Positions 58,854 to 64,000 of a stretch of 64,000 bases of DNA are shown here, piece after piece. The notes beneath the pieces are model-generated. The model made no database searches. It had not been told where the DNA came from and saw nothing but the letters and a program-made list of their open reading frames with translations. How positions within the stretch are numbered: position 1 is the stretch's first letter; every line of letters begins with the position of its first letter. Source of the DNA: a virus. The stretch lies in IMG/VR virus record IMGVR_UViG_3300007640_000027. One strand, 5' to 3'. Made by a program: the position numbers and the translations under genes.

Positions 58854-61800
58854 TTAATTAAAACTTTTTTTACCGTTAAATGTCTGACTATTTCCACTAT
58901 TTTTGGTAGAATAAATCTGATCAAAAAACCCTTTCTTCGTTTGATCGGTAAGAGATGAAGGTGTTTTAATATAATTAAATTTCCTTTCTTTATCCCGATC
59001 ATATGGTTTATATTCGTCTTCAAATTTTTCAACAATTGACTCCAAATTAAAACGAGCAACTTTACTTTCACCCCAATTCTTTAATGTATTATAATATCTA
59101 TATAATGAATTTGAATTGGTTTTAACCAATTTTGTTACATAACTATTCCATTCAGGTATTGCTTGTAAACCACCAGCCAATAGATCTTCAATAACTTTAT
59201 TTGTGTTATTTATTACATTATAGTATAAAATATTTGCAAGTCTAATATCCACGGCCCCCAATCCTAATAATGTATTTAAACCTGAAAAATCATAAGAGGT
59301 ATCATTATATGGTTTGGTCGGATCCATTAATACATTACTTGCAAAAATTAAATCATAAAAACTTTGTAAATCGGTACCCACTTTTGAAATATCATTTTCT
59401 AATTCTTGATATGTGTTAGTTGGTGTCGGATTATTTGAAGTATCACTCACTTCAGTTGTTGCAGTTAATTCATATATAAATGCCGTGTTTTTTCTATTGG
59501 CATAACCATCAGAATTTGTTAAGATAAAATTAAGTTTATCAACGGTTTGAATTAAATTGAGTTGGTTATTTACCAAATCAGTATTCAACTTATCATATTC
59601 CGCCAAATATTCTTGTTTGGTGTTTTGAATAAGATTTATAATGTTATTTACATATTTTTTCTTATCTCTGTTTCTGAAGTTTTGGTTTCCGATATTTTTA
59701 AACAACGGTCCCGTTTCATTATTCACATCATTAATTGTCTGAGAATATAAAGTTTCAATACGGTCTTGTAATCCTTTTGATTTACCAAAAATATCTAAAC
59801 CTTGTGTGGTACCCGTATAATAAGATCCTGAACCAAAATACCCTAAAATAAGACCTGTAGTGTAGTTTCTCTCTGCAGTATAATATTTTAAACCATCAAC
59901 TGAATATCTATCACTAATTGTCTGTATTGTTGAAACAATATTATTAACATAATTTTTAGAATCATCAATTAACTGATTGGATATTTCTTTATATGATGTT
60001 TCACCTGATAATGTTTCGTTTGAACCAACCGTAATTAAATTCTCATTTTGGATAACACCAATGGTCGTTTGATTTTCTTGACCCTGATTTGTTACGTTAT
60101 TCTGCAACCCAAACTCAGTTTCATTCTGTATCGCCTCTTGAACCTGTTTGTTAATATCATCCCTATTTTCTGTTGACTCCGCCCTTTCATCATACATTTC
60201 TGTATTCGCATAATAATTAAAGGATAATGCATTTTGTAATTGTTGGATCGGCTCTTTTAAACCACTACCACCAATAAAATAAAATGAAAGTGTTACACTC
60301 GCAATCATTGGCTGTACTCCAATACCTTCGGGGTTAATATCCAATAAAGGTTCATACTGAATGCTCAATTGATTAATTGCTATTTTGGTATGATAAAAAT
60401 CACCAATTCTTAAAACACAAATTGGAGGTGCTCCGAAAGCCGTGTTTTTTGCCACTTCTCTTTTGATTTCACCATCTTCACTAATAATTGGAATTGTTTC
60501 TCCAGGTCTTAAACATTGTTGTAAAAATGTTAACCTACCGTTAAGACCTTCAGGTGTTGTTGAATGAAATGCTGGATGGAAATATTTTAACTTTTCACGC
60601 ATAGAATCAAACACCAACGGTGTTTCGGCTTGGACTTGTTGGAAGTAATCACATTCAGTTAAAAGTTTTCTAACAACAATTTTAGACACATCTTGTCTAA
60701 ACTCTAACGAACTAGTTTGTTGTGGTATTTTAGTTTTACCATTTATTGATTTTTCACTTGTTTCTTCATTTTGAACCTCAGGTACTTTCAATTCGGAATT
60801 TTCATCTTCAACGATTTGAGTATCTAGTAAGGGTTGACTAACGGTAATTGCCCTTATAAATGCACTACGACAAGCCATTGCTCTTACTGTGTATATTTCG
60901 TTACCCGTTTGACTACAATCATACCCATCAATTTGTCCTTCAGCATTCACTTGCTCATCAAAAGTTAAAAGATCATTCAAATACTCACCAATTTGTTTAT
61001 CCTCTACTTGAAAACTTGTTATATAATTTTTAATGGTATTTATTCTTCGTTTTGCCAACGAATCGTTATATGTCTGACTACCCAATGCTGATGTATTACC
61101 TTGTATTGTTATCTTAACTTCACTACCCTGAACTAACGCATCACCAATTTTTTGTGTTAATGAACTTAAATTACTACTTATTGTTTCAATATTTTGATCA
61201 AAAAAGGTATTAACTGATTGTTGTTCAGACGCATCTGCATTTGATATATAAGTACTTTTTTGTGAAATGTATGCCAATAATAAATCCTGATAATTTTCAG
61301 TACTTGTAGTAACATTCGCGTCATTTGGACCCGGTTCATCATTATCAAAATAAAAATTGAAACTATAATCTTCAGTAGTAATTTGTGGAACATTTGTATT
61401 GTCGGCAACAACAGGTGAATTATCTGCCGGCTCTTGTGGATTAACCTCTTTCTCTGCCCCTTGATACACACTAATATCTTGAGTCTTCGTTACAATATTA
61501 TAAATGTCCGAATATGTGAACTGAGGGAAACGTGTTGCCAATTCATAAATATCATATGTTCTAGCCCCCGCCAAGAAACTTTCAATAACACCATTTACCC
61601 TTTCAATTGTATTAATATTTTTTAATTCCTTATCGGCAATAGCATTTAAAATAGAAGGGTGATCCACCACAATTTTAAATCTTAAACTACCGTTTCTATC
61701 GGTATTTTGATATGTATAAACAGGTTCAGGTCTACCCAAAAACGAATTTGAGTTCCATTGGACACTTGAATTTTCATCAAAACTTAAATCATATGGTGCG

Positions 61801-63518
61801 AACCACATCACACGACCTCCATTTGGTCCTTTCTCACATGCTGGCAAATCGTCATACGTATAACCAGGTGTTGATGAAGTTCTCCAAGCCAAATTTTCCA
61901 AAGATAACATATATTTCTTGGCATGTTTTCCGATTTCATCACCTTCAATAATATTAGTACTATCTGTGCCTCTATTTGGTGCAATATTAAGATTATATGT
62001 GTTATCTAAAACAGAATAACTAAACTTTCTAATGTTACCTTCCGTTTTTTGTAAATTAAGCATTTTTGAATATGGTATGTCTTTGGTGAAAACTCGGGCA
62101 TATTCTTCCCCCACAATAATACCATCAGACTGATTTACATAACGAACAACTTGAGATCCCTTTGTGATCTTTCTAATACCATCGTGAAATATTTTGGACA
62201 CCTGATCAATTGCGTTACCAACGTGTTGCAATTTTTTATCACCTTGCAATCCCGCAGCTGAATTAACCAACCTCTGAGTATTATCCAATATGGTTCCACT
62301 TGCAAATGATTGATCAGTTGATCTTGTTGAATCAAAATTTGTGTCCAAATTGCTTGATGATGATTGATAACCACTCGGACCTTCCACAATACCAATAGGG
62401 GACTCACTGTTAACCCAACTTAATCCTGATTGTAAGTTACCACCATCGGCATAATTCAGAGCGTTTAAACCGAATTTAAATTGATTTGCGGTCGTTCCGT
62501 TGTTACCCGATTCCAATGTGGTTGCCATTATACCATAACCTCTAACCGCAGTGTTATAAGGTTGATTGAACTTATCCAACGGCAATTCATTTTGAGGTGC
62601 AACCAAATCACCAATATCTACATTTCTATCACCCAAATAATATAACCCCTGAGGTGCATTTAAATTGGGGTTACTTAAGAAATTAAATCTATAATCAGGG
62701 GTATACTGGTTTTGTTTTAAATTTCTAAATAACTGATCACGAGTAGCCTTACCTGTGTTTGCAATCCAAACATCCATCGGTGTTTTTTCAGTTTGCAATT
62801 TACCTCTACTATTTAAACCAATTTCCGTTAATACCTGATTAAAAATTGATTTTTTATTATCATTTGAAAAATAATCACCAGGTATCCAAGAAAAAGGTGA
62901 ATATACATCAGTAATACGACTGATAAAATCTAATCCCTTACCAACCAAACTATCAGGAACAGAAATATTCCAATTTGGTTCAATAACTTCATTATTACCT
63001 GATACAATATTTAATAAATCATAAGGATCACTTAATGCACCAATAATGTTTGCACGACCTAATGTCTCTTGAAAAATTTCCTGAGCAATTCTCGCTTCAA
63101 ATTCACTCTTTAATCTTTCAGCACCAATCTTCGCCAATTCTGAATCTTCAGATAAAGGACCATTTGTTCCCGTTGGATTATTACTTAATAAAATCTGCCC
63201 AGGTGAATAAAATGAAGAAACAAAAGTGAAATATTCACTTCTGGGATCAATAATATTATCTATAATGGTCTGAATATACCTTTCAGTATATCCCTCAGGA
63301 GGTCCGTATCTGTTCTTTAAAAACATATTAACAGATGCATTCTCCGTCTGATTGAATAACGGTTCTGAATCAACAACTGAATAATTATCCTGAACATATC
63401 CACCATCCGCTGGTGAAGTAGTTGAATTGAACGCCTCAGCAGTATATGGAGGTAAATTTCTTACCAATAAATTATTTCTAAGTTGTTGTGTTGCACTAAA
63501 ACTTAAAGGACTGTTCAT
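58854..63518 (-). CDS. Tail-tube initiator-like protein (1554 aa) with an inserted OmpA-like domain
   Basis: FDENSSVQWNSNSFLGRPEPVYTYQNTDRNGSLRF and PPICVLRIGDFY...IASVTLSF (tube-initiator-like) flank FYFDND...IQGNTSALGSQTYNDSLAKRR (OmpA C-terminal-like). Confidence 0.55.
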   Translation of the reverse strand: MNSPLSFSATQQLRNNLLVRNLPPYTAEAFNSTTSPADGGYVQDNYSVVDSEPLFNQTENASVNMFLKNRYGPPEGYTERYIQTIIDNIIDPRSEYFTFVSSFYSPGQILLSNNPTGTNGPLSEDSELAKIGAERLKSEFEARIAQEIFQETLGRANIIGALSDPYDLLNIVSGNNEVIEPNWNISVPDSLVGKGLDFISRITDVYSPFSWIPGDYFSNDNKKSIFNQVLTEIGLNSRGKLQTEKTPMDVWIANTGKATRDQLFRNLKQNQYTPDYRFNFLSNPNLNAPQGLYYLGDRNVDIGDLVAPQNELPLDKFNQPYNTAVRGYGIMATTLESGNNGTTANQFKFGLNALNYADGGNLQSGLSWVNSESPIGIVEGPSGYQSSSSNLDTNFDSTRSTDQSFASGTILDNTQRLVNSAAGLQGDKKLQHVGNAIDQVSKIFHDGIRKITKGSQVVRYVNQSDGIIVGEEYARVFTKDIPYSKMLNLQKTEGNIRKFSYSVLDNTYNLNIAPNRGTDSTNIIEGDEIGKHAKKYMLSLENLAWRTSSTPGYTYDDLPACEKGPNGGRVMWFAPYDLSFDENSSVQWNSNSFLGRPEPVYTYQNTDRNGSLRFKIVVDHPSILNAIADKELKNINTIERVNGVIESFLAGARTYDIYELATRFPQFTYSDIYNIVTKTQDISVYQGAEKEVNPQEPADNSPVVADNTNVPQITTEDYSFNFYFDNDEPGPNDANVTTSTENYQDLLLAYISQKSTYISNADASEQQSVNTFFDQNIETISSNLSSLTQKIGDALVQGSEVKITIQGNTSALGSQTYNDSLAKRRINTIKNYITSFQVEDKQIGEYLNDLLTFDEQVNAEGQIDGYDCSQTGNEIYTVRAMACRSAFIRAITVSQPLLDTQIVEDENSELKVPEVQNEETSEKSINGKTKIPQQTSSLEFRQDVSKIVVRKLLTECDYFQQVQAETPLVFDSMREKLKYFHPAFHSTTPEGLNGRLTFLQQCLRPGETIPIISEDGEIKREVAKNTAFGAPPICVLRIGDFYHTKIAINQLSIQYEPLLDINPEGIGVQPMIASVTLSFYFIGGSGLKEPIQQLQNALSFNYYANTEMYDERAESTENRDDINKQVQEAIQNETEFGLQNNVTNQGQENQTTIGVIQNENLITVGSNETLSGETSYKEISNQLIDDSKNYVNNIVSTIQTISDRYSVDGLKYYTAERNYTTGLILGYFGSGSYYTGTTQGLDIFGKSKGLQDRIETLYSQTINDVNNETGPLFKNIGNQNFRNRDKKKYVNNIINLIQNTKQEYLAEYDKLNTDLVNNQLNLIQTVDKLNFILTNSDGYANRKNTAFIYELTATTEVSDTSNNPTPTNTYQELENDISKVGTDLQSFYDLIFASNVLMDPTKPYNDTSYDFSGLNTLLGLGAVDIRLANILYYNVINNTNKVIEDLLAGGLQAIPEWNSYVTKLVKTNSNSLYRYYNTLKNWGESKVARFNLESIVEKFEDEYKPYDRDKERKFNYIKTPSSLTDQTKKGFFDQIYSTKNSGNSQTFNGKKSFN

Positions 63519-63537
63519 AATGAATAATTATTTATTC

Positions 63538-63544
63538 ATAAATA
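63538..63544 (-). promoter_or_regulatory. TATTTAT upstream motif
   Basis: Lies 19 nt upstream of ATG 63518. Confidence 0.5.
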
Positions 63545-63569
63545 GATGTTTGAATCGTTTTTATATTAG

Positions 63570-64000
63570 TTAACCGTAAGCTGTACTAGAATCATTAATG
63601 GCATCTTTAATTAATGTTTTTAAATTACCTTGTATTTCTGTATCCGTTCTAATAATATTTGCGATTTCATTTGCAGCCATTTGATTACCTCTCACATTCA
63701 CATCTAATGATATCTGCATAGGTTGATTAAATTTAACCTCAGCAACTGTATTATTTGAATTAGGATTAAGTGCTTTAAAATCAATAAATTGTGGGGGTGC
63801 TGAAGTAGTATCTGATAGTTCAGATTTAACTTGTGATGGTCTCACTTCTCCATTATTATTATTTTGTGGTGTTTCCGTTACTACCTCTTCACCAGTAATT
63901 ACTCTACCTTCTTTACCATAAACATTAGTTTTTTCTGAATTAACTTTTAATTCCTCAGTTTTGAATGCATCTAACATTTGATTAAATACTTTATCAGCAT
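63570..64000 (-). CDS. C-terminal end of a longer protein, probably the tape measure (5'-partial)
   Basis: The frame stays open to the window edge (...ADKVFNQMLDAFK). It sits upstream of the tube initiator, LysM and hub genes. Confidence 0.45.
   Translation of the reverse strand, partial: ADKVFNQMLDAFKTEELKVNSEKTNVYGKEGRVITGEEVVTETPQNNNNGEVRPSQVKSELSDTTSAPPQFIDFKALNPNSNNTVAEVKFNQPMQISLDVNVRGNQMAANEIANIIRTDTEIQGNLKTLIKDAINDSSTAYG

Noticed and set aside
40751-63518. Bacterial contractile injection system (eCIS/T6SS) instead of a phage
   Set aside because: The baseplate genes are interleaved with phage-type SSB, UvsX, exonuclease, helicase and RNR, and no cellular housekeeping genes are present.
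1-64000. Stop-codon reassignment
   Set aside because: Genes are full length under the standard code, and TAA, TGA and TAG all appear as terminators. The only break (ssb) is a frameshift.

Overview
This window is a 64 kb piece of a large, AT-rich, contractile-tailed (myovirus-type) phage genome, and every credible gene is on the minus strand. The host is most likely Bacteroidota. Evidence for that is a TTTG-N21-TAnnTTTG promoter, A-rich leaders without Shine-Dalgarno sites, SprB repeats, 'STTKGFL.PRMT' domains and an ATP-cone NrdB. In transcription order (right to left) it holds: (1) the probable tape-measure C-terminus, a tube-initiator protein with an OmpA-like insert, a LysM/gp53-like protein and a large baseplate hub; (2) a replication cluster of SSB (frameshifted), RecA/UvsX, 5'-3' exonuclease, DnaB-like helicase, ATP-cone NrdB and cone-less NrdA; (3) gp25, gp6-like and other baseplate proteins; (4) about 28 kb of modular fibre/adhesin genes. 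That last block contains a SprB-repeat protein, a Pro/Thr mucin-like protein, four 'FVTGGT' repeat paralogues, a 2934-aa protein with about 878 unbroken Gly-(Ser/Thr)-Ser triplets, two paralogous beta-propellers, and a second Gly-Ser collagen-like fibre with YadA-like head repeats. Sequence-level signals include a recurring TATTTAT upstream motif, near-complete loss of + strand TAG over about 8.7 kb, and TCGA/AGCT avoidance. All family calls come from motif recognition by eye, and all counts are manual.
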